Positions 19,048 to 28,550 of a stretch of 35,709 bases of DNA are shown in pieces (the stretch's first letter is position 1; each line of letters begins with the position of its first letter). The stretch comes from a virus (lineage: Duplodnaviria; Caudoviricetes): IMG/VR virus record IMGVR_UViG_3300010383_000020, positions 1 to 35,709 of that record, one strand, 5' to 3'. The translations under genes were made by a program, and so were the position numbers. A model generated the notes under the pieces. The model ran no database searches, had not been told where the DNA came from, and saw only the letters and a program-made list of their open reading frames with translations.

Positions 19048-19404
19048 TCACTTCTTGCGACGGGGCTTCTTCGGCTGGGCTTTGCTATGGCTCGTCGCAT
19101 CCTCACGGGGAGCTTCCGCCTGGCTATACCGGGCTTCATCCTCTTCTCTCAGCCGTTTCCCCTCTTGGATCATCCCCAACTGGGCTTCGGGCGACTGCTC
19201 GATGAACCACCGGCACAGGTGGCCGATCATCGGGCCTCGCTCTAAGGCTCGCTTCTGCGGGACCTTCCATCTCATTTCATGGGCGATCGCACTGAGCTTT
19301 CCAGCCAGTTCGTCGCTCAGCTTGACCGAGCATGGAGTTTCGTGCCTCTTGACAGCCATCAACGGGACTCCAGGTGGATTCCACCTAACCTTCGGCTCGG
19401 CCAC
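19048..19404 (-). CDS. Putative repressor, ribbon-helix-helix-like (start may be the internal ATG near 19359)
   Basis: TPCSVKLSDELAGKLSAIA strand-helix pattern; divergent from the early operon; less GC-rich. Confidence 0.6.
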   Translation of the reverse strand: MAEPKVRWNPPGVPLMAVKRHETPCSVKLSDELAGKLSAIAHEMRWKVPQKRALERGPMIGHLCRWFIEQSPEAQLGMIQEGKRLREEDEARYSQAEAPREDATSHSKAQPKKPRRKK

Positions 19405-19414
19405 GAATCACAGT

Positions 19415-19545
19415 TTCGAACTTTCGAAGTTTTTATTGTGTCGCAATCGCTGAGACGCCATAGATTTCCGGCTCGCCTCAGCAATGCATTGACTAAGTCA
19501 ATGCTTCGAACTTTCAAACTTGTGATAGCATTGGTCGTGTCGCAA
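19415..19545. promoter_or_regulatory. Divergent switch region with operator-like repeats
   Basis: Palindrome GCATTGACT-A-AGTCAATGC 19486-19504; TTCGAACTTTC(G/A)AA at 19415 and 19505; GTGTCGCAA twice; extended -10 TGnTAGCAT 19523-19531. Confidence 0.7.
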
Positions 19546-19613
19546 GGGTCATTGAAGCGAACGCAACGGGTGACCGGCGACAGCAGAGTCTAGCATCCTC
19601 CGAGGCTTCATCC

Positions 19614-19931
19614 ATGACGAGAGCCGCCAATCCTTCTGCGAGGACGCAGAAGGCCCGTTCTTCGTCCGCGCAGGGACGTCAGCCGAAAGCCACCAAAGGC
19701 AAGGGCGGGAAGCGGCCTCTGCCTCCCGTCGAAGGGGGGAGGATCGCCAGGCTCTACATGCTGCCGAAGGTCATCGCCGACCTGATCCAAGCGGAGGCCG
19801 AAGCCACCGGGCGGCACGCCACCGAACTAGTCGAGAGCCGCCTAGCCCAATCATTCCGCCGGAGTCCCGGCCCGGCCGCCATCCAGGGAACCCGCGAGGC
19901 CGCCCGGGCCGTCCTCCAACTCTACGCCTGA
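19614..19931 (+). CDS. Arc/RHH-like regulator
   Basis: Basic N-terminus; RLYMLPKVIADLIQAEAEATGRHATELVESRLAQSF. Confidence 0.65.
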   Translation: MTRAANPSARTQKARSSSAQGRQPKATKGKGGKRPLPPVEGGRIARLYMLPKVIADLIQAEAEATGRHATELVESRLAQSFRRSPGPAAIQGTREAARAVLQLYA

Positions 19932-19971
19932 TCGCCACCCGATCCCGACCTAGCACAAGGGTCCACAGCCG

Positions 19972-20268
19972 ATGTCCAGCACCGAAACGCAAGCCGCCCC
20001 GAAGCGGCCCCGGGGAACGTCCGCGCCTCGCCGAGGGGGCCGCCGGCCCGTCTTCGCCGCCTCCACCGATGAGACCTTCGTCCGCGGCTACAAGCTGACG
20101 GGGTCCCTCATCAACGCGATCGTCTCCGAGGCCGAGGCGACCAACGAGGCCCTGTCCGACGTCGTCCAACGCCGCCTGGACCGCGACTACAAGGCCCACC
20201 CGCCGGGGGGCAAGCCGAAGGCCGCCCGCAAGCCCAAGGCGAAGGCCGCCGAGCCGTCCGCGAACTGA
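19972..20268 (+). CDS. Arc/RHH-like regulator (paralog of the upstream gene)
   Basis: RGYKLTGSLINAIVSEAEATNEALSDVVQRRLDRDY. Confidence 0.65.
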   Translation: MSSTETQAAPKRPRGTSAPRRGGRRPVFAASTDETFVRGYKLTGSLINAIVSEAEATNEALSDVVQRRLDRDYKAHPPGGKPKAARKPKAKAAEPSAN

Positions 20269-20310
20269 CCGACGACCCGCAGAGCGACCCACCGGAGAGG
20301 ACCGACGCCC

Positions 20311-20664
20311 ATGACCGCCCCCCTGACGGACGCCCGTCTCATGCAGCTGGCCGACGCCTTGCGGGGCGGCTGCCGGACCGCCGCCGGGACTTACGAGTCC
20401 CTGACCGGCGAGGCCCGGCCGGAATCCGAACTGGCCGAGGGCCTGCGGCTCGTCGGCCTCGTGCAGTGCGGCGAGTGCAGCTTCTGGGAGCACGCCCACG
20501 ACCTCGACGCCTCGGGCCACTGCCCCGATTGCAGCCTGGACCCGGACGCCTTCGAGGACGACGAACTCGACGACGAGGCCGACGACCTGCCCGCCTTCGC
20601 CCGGGCCTGGGACCCCGACGACGACGCGGAATACCCGCTCGCCGACCTCGGGGACGCCGACTGA
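20311..20664 (+). CDS. Zn-ribbon protein with highly acidic C-terminus
   Basis: CGECSFW...CPDC; D/E-rich tail. Confidence 0.7.
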   Translation: MTAPLTDARLMQLADALRGGCRTAAGTYESLTGEARPESELAEGLRLVGLVQCGECSFWEHAHDLDASGHCPDCSLDPDAFEDDELDDEADDLPAFARAWDPDDDAEYPLADLGDAD

Positions 20665-20735
20665 CGGCCGACCCGCCCGACGAACTGACCCCACCAGCCG
20701 GACGCCCCGGGCGTCCCCGACGAAGGTACGCACCC

Positions 20736-21080
20736 ATGATCATGTTCATCCTCATGCCCGAGACGTCGCAGCCCGACCCGCTCGAATATCTCCGACTCCT
20801 CGGCCGGGAGTTGCTGGCCGCCCCGATCCACCGCAGGGCGGGAGCCTTCCAGGATTATTGCTACGAAGCCTTCCGGGTCGGCCGTCGCATCGGGCAGGAC
20901 CTCAAGGCGCTCGCCTACGACCTCGCCCGCGACGGCCGGGGCGTCGGCCTCGATGCGCCCACCACCACGGCGACCGTCGTCGCGGCCTACCTGGCGACCC
21001 AGCCCACGCCCCCGGACGCCGACGCCCGCCCCGACACCGTGGTGACCGGCGGCCCCTCATCCCCGACCCGGGAACCATAG
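20736..21080 (+). CDS. Hypothetical protein
   Basis: ATG 20736, GC3-rich frame in the early operon. Confidence 0.6.
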   Translation: MIMFILMPETSQPDPLEYLRLLGRELLAAPIHRRAGAFQDYCYEAFRVGRRIGQDLKALAYDLARDGRGVGLDAPTTTATVVAAYLATQPTPPDADARPDTVVTGGPSSPTREP

Positions 21081-21082
21081 CC

Positions 21083-21277
21083 ATGCCGCTCGGACTCTGC
21101 GGCGACGACGCCCGCCGCTATCGCCGCGTCCTCGCGACCCGGGAATACCACCCCGCCTACTCGGCGTTGATGGATCTCATTGCCAGGTCGCAGCAGTACG
21201 GCCAACGCCGAAACGGCCCCGCCGAGAAGGCCCGGACCGCACCGATCGAAAGCCGCACCAGGAGCCCCGCACCGTGA
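21083..21277 (+). CDS. Hypothetical protein
   Basis: ATG 21083, GTGA overlap with the next gene. Confidence 0.5.
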   Translation: MPLGLCGDDARRYRRVLATREYHPAYSALMDLIARSQQYGQRRNGPAEKARTAPIESRTRSPAP

Positions 21278-21564
21278 GCCGCCGACCCGAAACCCTGACG
21301 CTGGGCCCCGCCGCCTACGCGGTCGCCCAGCCCCAAGCCGACCCGTCGGTCGGGGCGGATCTCGCGGTCCGCCGGGCCGTCGCCTCGCTCCCGCAACGCC
21401 ACCAGGCCGCCGTCGGGCTCCACTACGGGTTCGACGGCCCTCCCCTGCCGCTCGAAGGGGTCGCCGCGAGGCTCGACGCGCCGCCCGCGTCCGTCCGCGA
21501 ATGGCTCGACGAGGCGGCCCAGGTCCTACGCCGCAGCCTCGCCGACTACGAACCGAACAGCTGA
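21274..21564 (+). CDS. Sigma-70 region 4-like HTH protein
   Basis: LPQRHQAAVGLHYGFDGPPLPLEGVAARL...VREWLDEAAQVLRR. Confidence 0.8.
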   Translation: MSRRPETLTLGPAAYAVAQPQADPSVGADLAVRRAVASLPQRHQAAVGLHYGFDGPPLPLEGVAARLDAPPASVREWLDEAAQVLRRSLADYEPNS

Positions 21565-21588
21565 CCCCCGACCACGAGGAGAGCCGCC

Positions 21589-22440
21589 ATGATCACCCCG
21601 TCCGGCACCGCCGCCGTCGCCCAGACGCCCCCCGCCGCCGTCGTCGCCGAGAACGCCCCCGCGACCTCCCCCGCCGCCGCCGGGACGCCCGACGTCGAGG
21701 CCGCCTTCAAGGCCCTCGGGCTCACGCTCATCGGCAATTCGGTCGGCAATTACGGTCGCGGCAAGGCCTGCGTCATGAGCGCGGCCCGGGCCAAGTATCG
21801 CTTGAGCCTGGGGCTGGACCTGGGCCCGGCCGAAGACGAGCTCGAGTGCGCCTGCCCCATCGTCCGCCGCCTGGCCATCGGGCTCAACGACGGCCCGTGG
21901 TGGGCCGACGACGAGGAGCGGACGGCGGAATTGACGCCGCTCATCGACGTGGTCATCGGGACCCGCGACGACGCGGCGACGGAGCGGCGGGTCTATCTCG
22001 TCGCCGACCGGGCGGTTCGCGAGTTCGCCCCGATCGGGCTGGAGGCGGCCGGCTTGACCGAAGAGGCCGCGAGACTGCGGGCTTTGGCACCGATCGTAGA
22101 CAAGTCCACCGCGGCCGTCGCCTGTGAAGCCGCCTACGACGCCATCTCCCCCGCTCGCGCCCGCCACGACGCCGCCCACGCAGGCGACGCCGCCGCCGCC
22201 GCCTGGTACGCCGTCAGGTACACCAACGCCTCTACCTACTTCCCCGGCACCGCCGCCGACGAAACCGTCTACGCCATCACCTCCGCCGCCTACGCAGTCA
22301 AGGACGCCGCCGCCAGGGACGCCTTGGTTAAGGCCCGCCAGGCCCTTCGCCATCTGATCGACGACGTCATCGCGATCAAGGCCGACCCCGAGCCCGACGC
22401 CGCCGACGACGTCATCGCGACCGATCAGGCCGCGTCCTGA
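21589..22440 (+). CDS. Phage hypothetical protein (Ala-rich)
   Basis: ACVMSAA...CACPIVRRLAIGLND...IGTR; GAGGAG SD. Confidence 0.75.
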   Translation: MITPSGTAAVAQTPPAAVVAENAPATSPAAAGTPDVEAAFKALGLTLIGNSVGNYGRGKACVMSAARAKYRLSLGLDLGPAEDELECACPIVRRLAIGLNDGPWWADDEERTAELTPLIDVVIGTRDDAATERRVYLVADRAVREFAPIGLEAAGLTEEAARLRALAPIVDKSTAAVACEAAYDAISPARARHDAAHAGDAAAAAWYAVRYTNASTYFPGTAADETVYAITSAAYAVKDAAARDALVKARQALRHLIDDVIAIKADPEPDAADDVIATDQAAS

Positions 22441-22501
22441 CCCGCCCTCCCCCGGCACCGATCGACCCACGCACCCCGAGAGACCACGGAGAGCCGCCGC
22501 C

Positions 22502-22816
22502 ATGAGCCCCGCCCCCAAGACCGCCGCCGCCGAGCCCAAGGCCAAGAAGCCCCGCAAGCGCAAGGCTGACGCCGGCTCCCCGCCGCCGTCCGACGCGGCC
22601 AAGGTCGACAAGGCCGCCGACTTCGCCTGCATGACCGCGTTCGCCGCCGCCGCCCGCCTCAAAGACCCGACTACCGAGCCCGCCGCGATCGCCGAGGGCG
22701 TCGCCCTGGCCTCGCTCGCCCTCTGCCTGGCCGCCGGGACGCGAGGCGTGAGCGTCGATGAGATCGAGACCGCGATGGAGGCCCTCCACGCGAAGGCCGT
22801 GGCCTCCAAGCCCTGA
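22502..22816 (+). CDS. Hypothetical protein
   Basis: GGAG SD, 104 aa, basic N-terminus. Confidence 0.65.
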   Translation: MSPAPKTAAAEPKAKKPRKRKADAGSPPPSDAAKVDKAADFACMTAFAAAARLKDPTTEPAAIAEGVALASLALCLAAGTRGVSVDEIETAMEALHAKAVASKP

Positions 22817-22871
22817 CGCCCCTCCCCGGCCCGAGGACGACCCCGACCCAACCGCCACGAGGACGCCGACC

Positions 22872-23225
22872 GTGCCCCGAATCGAGAGCCGCACCGCCGC
22901 CCGCATGCGGCGAGCCTTCCAATCCGCCCTGGCCGCCCGGCTGGCCGAGGACGTCATGTTCGTCGTCGACGGGATCGCCGTCAGCTGGCCGGACGTCGGG
23001 TTCCAGGTCGAGACCGCCCCCGACGGCAACCCCGCGCTCTGCCGCATCCTCGTCTACACGCGGCCCGGCGACCGTCCGGTCGGGGTCGACGTCGAGGCGG
23101 GGACGATTCGCCGCGACGTCTGGAACGCGATCTACGCCGTTCTGCACGACGCGTTCCCGCCCGAGCCCACGCCCGAGCCGGTCTGGGTGGACCCGGACGT
23201 CATCCCCTTCGCCGCCCCGACCTGA
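22872..23225 (+). CDS. Hypothetical protein
   Basis: GTG 22872 after GAGGA. Confidence 0.6.
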   Translation: MPRIESRTAARMRRAFQSALAARLAEDVMFVVDGIAVSWPDVGFQVETAPDGNPALCRILVYTRPGDRPVGVDVEAGTIRRDVWNAIYAVLHDAFPPEPTPEPVWVDPDVIPFAAPT

Positions 23226-23288
23226 CCTGTCCCGACCTGACGCATCAACCGCCACGAAGCGAACCGAACTCGGAGAGACGTCGCACCA

Positions 23289-23714
23289 ATGAGCATCCTC
23301 AATGACCTGTATCCGTCGAAGTTCCTGTCCCCCGCCGACGTCAACGGCTCGCTCCGGCTGACGATCAGCGATTGGGAGGCCGGCAAGGTCGGTCAGGGCA
23401 AGGACGAGCGGGACCAGCTCGTCCTGTCGTTCTCGAACCACGACAAACAGTGGGGCCTGAACAAGACCAACGCCTTCGCCATCGGGGGCATCTACGGCGA
23501 GAACCCGAACGACTGGCAGGGCGAAGACGTCGTCGTCGTCTCGACCATCGGCCAGGGCCCGGACGGCCGCCCCCGCGACGTGCTCCGCGTCGACGAGAAG
23601 CGGACCCGCCAGCTCGTGCAGCAGAAGCTCAAGGCCAACCGCCCGCCCGCCGGCCCGCCGCCCCGCGAGCCCGGATCGGACGACGATCTCGGCTACGACG
23701 CCTCGGGGTACTGA
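23289..23714 (+). CDS. Putative phage ssDNA-binding protein
   Basis: PSKFL...LNKTNA..I..IYG...WQG family pattern; acidic/aromatic C-tail REPGSDDDLGY. Confidence 0.55.
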   Translation: MSILNDLYPSKFLSPADVNGSLRLTISDWEAGKVGQGKDERDQLVLSFSNHDKQWGLNKTNAFAIGGIYGENPNDWQGEDVVVVSTIGQGPDGRPRDVLRVDEKRTRQLVQQKLKANRPPAGPPPREPGSDDDLGYDASGY

Positions 23715-23983
23715 CGCCATGACCACGCCGCACGCCAGGGGGCCGCCCGTCGCGTCCCACGGGAACGCCCGAGTCAGTCGACGTCGCGACGATCAGGACC
23801 CCGCCTCGGCCGTTCGACCTTGACCCATCACGACCCCGACGCGAACCGCAGAAAGGCCGCACCGATGTAACGCCGGAACCGCGAGCACAACACGACTCCA
23901 AGGGCCGCCCGTCGTCGTGACTGGCGAATCGAGAGCGACGGCCGGCCCTCCCTCCCACCGCACCAGACGAGGACTCGACCCAC

Positions 23984-24448
23984 ATGGCCGCCGCCGCCGC
24001 GATGATCGCCCCGAAGCTCCCGCCCGCCGCCGACGCCCTCGTGGTGGACACGGCGCCCACCGGGAGCCGCGCCATCTGCGATCCGCCTCCGACCGACACC
24101 GACGAGGATTGGCTACTTTTCGTGCCCGAGTCGGCATTCGATGCGTTCAGCGGCCATCTCGACGCCGACGGGTGGGACGAGGCGAACGGGTCCGAGGTGG
24201 AGCCCATGACGGACGACGACCAGCGGGGAGGCTCCGAATTCACCTCGTTCGCCAAGCAATGCGGCGACCGCGTCGTGAACCTGATCGTGACCCGCAAGGG
24301 AGAGTTCTTCCGCCGCTTCGCCGCCGCCACGTCGGTCGCCCGCCGGCTCAACCTGCTGGACAAGTCCGACCGGATCGCCCTGTTCCAGGCGGTCCTCTAC
24401 GGCAACCCGGCGACGATGCGGGCCGAAGGGTCCCCCGCCGCCGTCTGA
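23984..24448 (+). CDS. Minimal Pol-beta-superfamily nucleotidyltransferase-like protein
   Basis: TGSRAI...TDTDEDW (GS + DxD) and later VNLIV strand. Confidence 0.6.
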   Translation: MAAAAAMIAPKLPPAADALVVDTAPTGSRAICDPPPTDTDEDWLLFVPESAFDAFSGHLDADGWDEANGSEVEPMTDDDQRGGSEFTSFAKQCGDRVVNLIVTRKGEFFRRFAAATSVARRLNLLDKSDRIALFQAVLYGNPATMRAEGSPAAV

Positions 24449-24485
24449 CCCGGCCGCCCCGCACTCCATCAACGCGAGCCAATCC

Positions 24486-27098
24486 GTGCCATCCCTATCC
24501 GACATCTACGGGCCCGGGGCCTCCAAAGGACCCGCCGCCCCCCGGCCCAAGTGCGAGACGCCCGACCGCATCGCGGCGTGGCTCAGGATGTTCGCCGCCG
24601 GGCCGATGATGGAGCTTCGCGCGCTCGGCCTCACCCCCGGCGGCCCCCGGACCGTGGTCGACCACTACCCGGCGACCCGCGAGGGCCTCCGCCGCATGGC
24701 CGAGGACGCCTGCAAATACTCGCCCAGGGCCGAGGGCGTCTACTTCGTCGTCAACCCGGTCCGCGACGACCTGCTGACGCCCGCCAAGGACGTCGACGTC
24801 CTCAAGCGGGCCTGGCTGTACGTCGACGTGGACCCGATCCGCCCCGTCGGCCCCGCGACCGACGCCGAGAAACAGTCCGCCTGGATCGTCGCCCAATCGC
24901 TCCGCGACGCCCTGTCCGCCCGCGGCTGGCCGGCCCCGATCGTCGTGGACAGCGGCAACGGCTACCACCTGTACTACCGCGTCGACCTCCCCGCCGAGGA
25001 CGGGGGGCTCGTCGCCCGCGTCCTCGCCCGCCTGGCCGCCGAATTCGACACGCCCGACGCCAAGGTCGACACGGTCGTGGCCAACGCGTCGCGCGTCGCC
25101 AAGGTCCCCGGGACGCTCGCCCGCAAGGGGGAGGAGTCGCCGGGCCGCCCCTATCGCGCCTCCTACGTCCTCGAAGCCTACGGGTCGATGGAGGTCGTCC
25201 CCGAGGCCCTGTTGCGGGACCTCGGGGGGGAGGAGCCCGCCCCGGCCCCCGAGCCGGCCGAAGCGGCCCCGAAGCGGCCCACCGGGACGCGCGTCCCCGG
25301 GGCCCCGACCGGCCCCCTGACCGTCGAGCAGCGGGCCGCCCTCTACCTCGCCAAGGTCGACCCCGCCGTGAGCGGCGAGGGGGGCCACAAGACCGCGTTC
25401 CGGGCCGCGATGGTCGGGCCCGCGTTCGACCTTCCCCAGGACGTCGCGGCCCGGCTGTTTGAGGAACTGTACAACCCGCGATGCGTCCCGCCGTGGTCGC
25501 CCCGCGAGGTCGCCCACAAGGTCGCCGAGGCGTACAAAGTCGAACAGCGGCGGGGGTGGCTGCTGGAGGCGTCCCGGCCGACGTCGGCCCCCTCCCCCGC
25601 CCCGGCCCCCGAGCCGACCGAACCGGCCCCGGTCGCGTCCTCGCCCGCCCAGCTCGCCGCCGCGACGCCGCCCGCGCCCGAACCCCTCGACGCCGTCCTC
25701 GCCCGGAAGATGCGGACCGACATGGGCAACGGCGAGCGCTTCGTCGCCCGCCACGGCCGGGACGTCCGCTACTGCAAGCCGTGGGGCGACTGGCTCGTCT
25801 GGGACGGCCGCCGCTACGCGCTCGACGAGACCAACGCCGTGCATCGGCTGGCCAAGGACACCGCCCGCCGCATCCTCGTCGAAGCGGCCACGATCGCCGA
25901 CGACGACGAGCGCAAGCGGCACGTCGAGCACGCCGTCAACACCCAGGGCAAGTCCCGCATCGACGCCATGACCGCGATGGCCGCCACCGAGCCGGGGATA
26001 CCGATCCTCCCCGGCGAGATGAACCAATGCGGCTGGCTGCTCAACTGCCTGAACGGGACCGTGGACCTGCGGACCGGCGAGCTCCGGCCCCACGACCGGG
26101 CGGACCTGCTCACGCAGCTCTGCGAGGTCGAGTTCGACCCGGACGCGAAATGCCCGCAGTGGGAAGCGACCCTCGACCTGTTCTTCGCCGGGGACAAGGC
26201 CCTCATCGCCTACTGGCAGCGCATCTGCGGATACGCGCTCGTCGGGCTCGTCCGCGACCACGTGATGCCGGTCGCCTACGGGGACGGGTCGAACGGCAAG
26301 AGCACGATCCTGGGGACCGTCCAGGACGTATTGGGGCCGTCCTATGCGATGAAGGCCCCGCCCGCGATGCTGATGGCCAAGACCCACGACAGCCACCCGA
26401 CCGACCGGGCGGACCTGTACGGGAAGCGGCTCGTCATCGCCATCGAGACCGAGGCCGGCCGACGCCTCGACGAGACGATGGTCAAGGAACTGACGGGCGG
26501 CGACCGCATCCGGGCCCGACGCATGCGGGAGAACTTCTGGGAGTTCTCGCCGTCGCACACGATCATCATGGCCACGAACCACAAGCCGGTCGTGAAGGGG
26601 ACGGACAACGGGGTCTGGCGCCGCCTGCGGCTGATCCCGTTCGCGGTCAAGGTCGAGGGCGAGACGGCCGACACGTCGATGCCCGAGAAGCTCCGGGCCG
26701 AGTTCCCCGGCATCCTCGCGTGGTGCGTCCGGGGCTGCCTCGCCTGGCAGGAGGTGGGCCTCAACGAGCCCGCCGTCGTGAAGCAGGCGACGGCCGCATA
26801 TCGCTCCGAGCAGGACGTCGTCGGCCTCTTCCTCGACGAGCGGGCCATCCTCTCGCCGGGACTCCGCACCCGATGCAACGCGTTCTTCGAAGCCTACAAG
26901 TCGTGGGCCGAGGCGGCGGGCGAGCGGCCCATGACCATGCGGGCGTTCGGGCAGGCCATGAAGGAACGCGGGATCGAGGTCAAGACCAGCAACGGCAAAT
27001 GGTATCTCGGCGTCGGCCTCAAAGTCGTCGACTCGTCGCCCTACGGCCGCGACGAGGAATGGGCCGACTCGGAAGCCGCGCTCGTCGCATACAGGTGA
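24486..27098 (+). CDS. Primase-helicase (AEP-like primase, D5_N, P4-family SF3 helicase)
   Basis: YVDVD, DSGNGYHLYY; TDMGNGERF; Walker A GDGSNGKST; KELTGGD, ATNHKP, GVWRR. Confidence 0.93.
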   Translation: MPSLSDIYGPGASKGPAAPRPKCETPDRIAAWLRMFAAGPMMELRALGLTPGGPRTVVDHYPATREGLRRMAEDACKYSPRAEGVYFVVNPVRDDLLTPAKDVDVLKRAWLYVDVDPIRPVGPATDAEKQSAWIVAQSLRDALSARGWPAPIVVDSGNGYHLYYRVDLPAEDGGLVARVLARLAAEFDTPDAKVDTVVANASRVAKVPGTLARKGEESPGRPYRASYVLEAYGSMEVVPEALLRDLGGEEPAPAPEPAEAAPKRPTGTRVPGAPTGPLTVEQRAALYLAKVDPAVSGEGGHKTAFRAAMVGPAFDLPQDVAARLFEELYNPRCVPPWSPREVAHKVAEAYKVEQRRGWLLEASRPTSAPSPAPAPEPTEPAPVASSPAQLAAATPPAPEPLDAVLARKMRTDMGNGERFVARHGRDVRYCKPWGDWLVWDGRRYALDETNAVHRLAKDTARRILVEAATIADDDERKRHVEHAVNTQGKSRIDAMTAMAATEPGIPILPGEMNQCGWLLNCLNGTVDLRTGELRPHDRADLLTQLCEVEFDPDAKCPQWEATLDLFFAGDKALIAYWQRICGYALVGLVRDHVMPVAYGDGSNGKSTILGTVQDVLGPSYAMKAPPAMLMAKTHDSHPTDRADLYGKRLVIAIETEAGRRLDETMVKELTGGDRIRARRMRENFWEFSPSHTIIMATNHKPVVKGTDNGVWRRLRLIPFAVKVEGETADTSMPEKLRAEFPGILAWCVRGCLAWQEVGLNEPAVVKQATAAYRSEQDVVGLFLDERAILSPGLRTRCNAFFEAYKSWAEAAGERPMTMRAFGQAMKERGIEVKTSNGKWYLGVGLKVVDSSPYGRDEEWADSEAALVAYR

Positions 27099-27104
27099 TA
27101 TCAC

Positions 27105-27461
27105 ATGACCGCACTTCAACGCGCCCCGTCCGCCGTCGTCGCCCGGAAGAACGGCGAGACGTCGACCCTGACGGACCAGCTCAAGGCCCTCGCCTCGACG
27201 CTCGTCCCCGGAGACGACGGGCGGGGCGCCACCGAGGCCGTCGCGGCGGGGGTCGACTGGACGGATTGGGACCTGATCGAAGAGGGCGTGGACGTGGAGG
27301 GGCTGCTACGCCGACCGGCCGGGCCGCTGAACTGGCGGGAGATGGACGACGCGGCCCGGGAGCATCACCGCCGCCTCTACGCCAAGTCGACGAAGCGCAA
27401 GGGGACCAAGGGCGGGACGCCGCTCCTGGACGGGGCGGGGAAGAGACCGGCTCGGAACTAG
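27105..27461 (+). CDS. Hypothetical protein
   Basis: 118 aa directly after the primase gene. Confidence 0.6.
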   Translation: MTALQRAPSAVVARKNGETSTLTDQLKALASTLVPGDDGRGATEAVAAGVDWTDWDLIEEGVDVEGLLRRPAGPLNWREMDDAAREHHRRLYAKSTKRKGTKGGTPLLDGAGKRPARN

Positions 27462-27493
27462 GACCACGAACCTTCATTCATCGAGACTTCAAC

Positions 27494-27937
27494 ATGCATC
27501 GCGTTTCCGGACTCACGCTCGCCATGCTTTCGTTCTCCCTCTGGTGCGTGTTCGCGGTCGGCCTGCTCGCGACCCGCTCCGACACATCGTTGTTCCCGAC
27601 GGCTGGCCCCCCGCCCGGCCCGGCGATGGGCTGCACGCACGACGTGAAACACTCGCTGCACATCCTCCACGAAGACTGGCATGGGGCCGTCGTCCAGGAC
27701 CACGAACGAACGTTCTTCGTGCCCGCCGAAGGCTGGGGCAATTACCCGCCAAAGTTGCAATCCACCATGAGGGTCCTCCGCGCCGAGAAGTTGGACGAAC
27801 AGGCCCGGCTCGACCTGTACCGGAAGTGCGAGCGCTTGCAGGCCGAGATGGCCGCCCACGAGGACGGGACGGCGGGCGCGTGCATCGGGAAGGCCCTCGA
27901 ACGCCTCTTCGGCTACAGCCAAAGGAAGCCCGAATGA
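27494..27937 (+). CDS. Hypothetical protein with N-terminal TM/signal
   Basis: ATG 27494 MHRVSGLTLAMLSFSLWCVFAVGLLA. Confidence 0.6.
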   Translation: MHRVSGLTLAMLSFSLWCVFAVGLLATRSDTSLFPTAGPPPGPAMGCTHDVKHSLHILHEDWHGAVVQDHERTFFVPAEGWGNYPPKLQSTMRVLRAEKLDEQARLDLYRKCERLQAEMAAHEDGTAGACIGKALERLFGYSQRKPE

Positions 27938-28278
27938 TGCGCAACTACTGGCCGCCGCCGACCCGGCGGAGACGCCCGGAAGACGACCCGCCGCCGTCGC
28001 CGGAGCATCTGGCGTACGTCGCCGGTCTCCGGCGAAAGGCGGCCGCATTCAACGCGAGCGACTTCGGCATGAAGCCTTGCCCGAGGTGCGGCGGGACCGA
28101 GGGCGTCGGGATCTCCCGGCCGCCCCGGACCCACAGGCGGGATTCGTTCCGTTTGAAGCAAGGCATCCACCCGGAATGCGGCTACGCCGGGCCGCGCGTC
28201 TACGGCGGGATCCAGGACGCCGTCAACGCGTGGAACGCCGTCGACCGCTCCCATCTACCCATCCAGGAACCATCATGA
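27934..28278 (+). CDS. Lar-like (restriction alleviation) Zn-finger protein
   Basis: KPCPRCGG...ECGYAGP...AVNAWN. Confidence 0.65.
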   Translation: MMRNYWPPPTRRRRPEDDPPPSPEHLAYVAGLRRKAAAFNASDFGMKPCPRCGGTEGVGISRPPRTHRRDSFRLKQGIHPECGYAGPRVYGGIQDAVNAWNAVDRSHLPIQEPS

Positions 28279-28550
28279 ACGCACGAGCCGAAGCGATCCG
28301 GGCCCAGGGCGAGGTCGACCACATCGTTGCGGCGGACGACTGCACCTGTCCCGAGTGCCCCGTCTGCAAGGTCCAAGGCGATCCCAAATGCAAGTCACGG
28401 TGCGTCGTCGAGGGGGTTGTCGCCGTGCTCGCCCAACTCGACAGGCTGGCCGAGGTGTGGGGCGACGAAGGCGTGTTTAGGCGGTGCCGCGACTCCCTGC
28501 GGGAGCTCACCGCGTTCGCCGCCTACCACGGCGGGGAGGCGACCCCGTGA
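28275..28550 (+). CDS. Cys-rich hypothetical protein
   Basis: ATG 28275; DCTCPECPVC...GDPKC. Confidence 0.6.
   Translation: MNARAEAIRAQGEVDHIVAADDCTCPECPVCKVQGDPKCKSRCVVEGVVAVLAQLDRLAEVWGDEGVFRRCRDSLRELTAFAAYHGGEATP

Noticed and set aside
18290-19205. Short ORFs in the control region
   Set aside because: No SD, coupling or recognisable motifs; the region is repeat- and promoter-rich
24495-27119. 874-aa minus-strand ORF
   Set aside because: Antisense shadow of the primase-helicase
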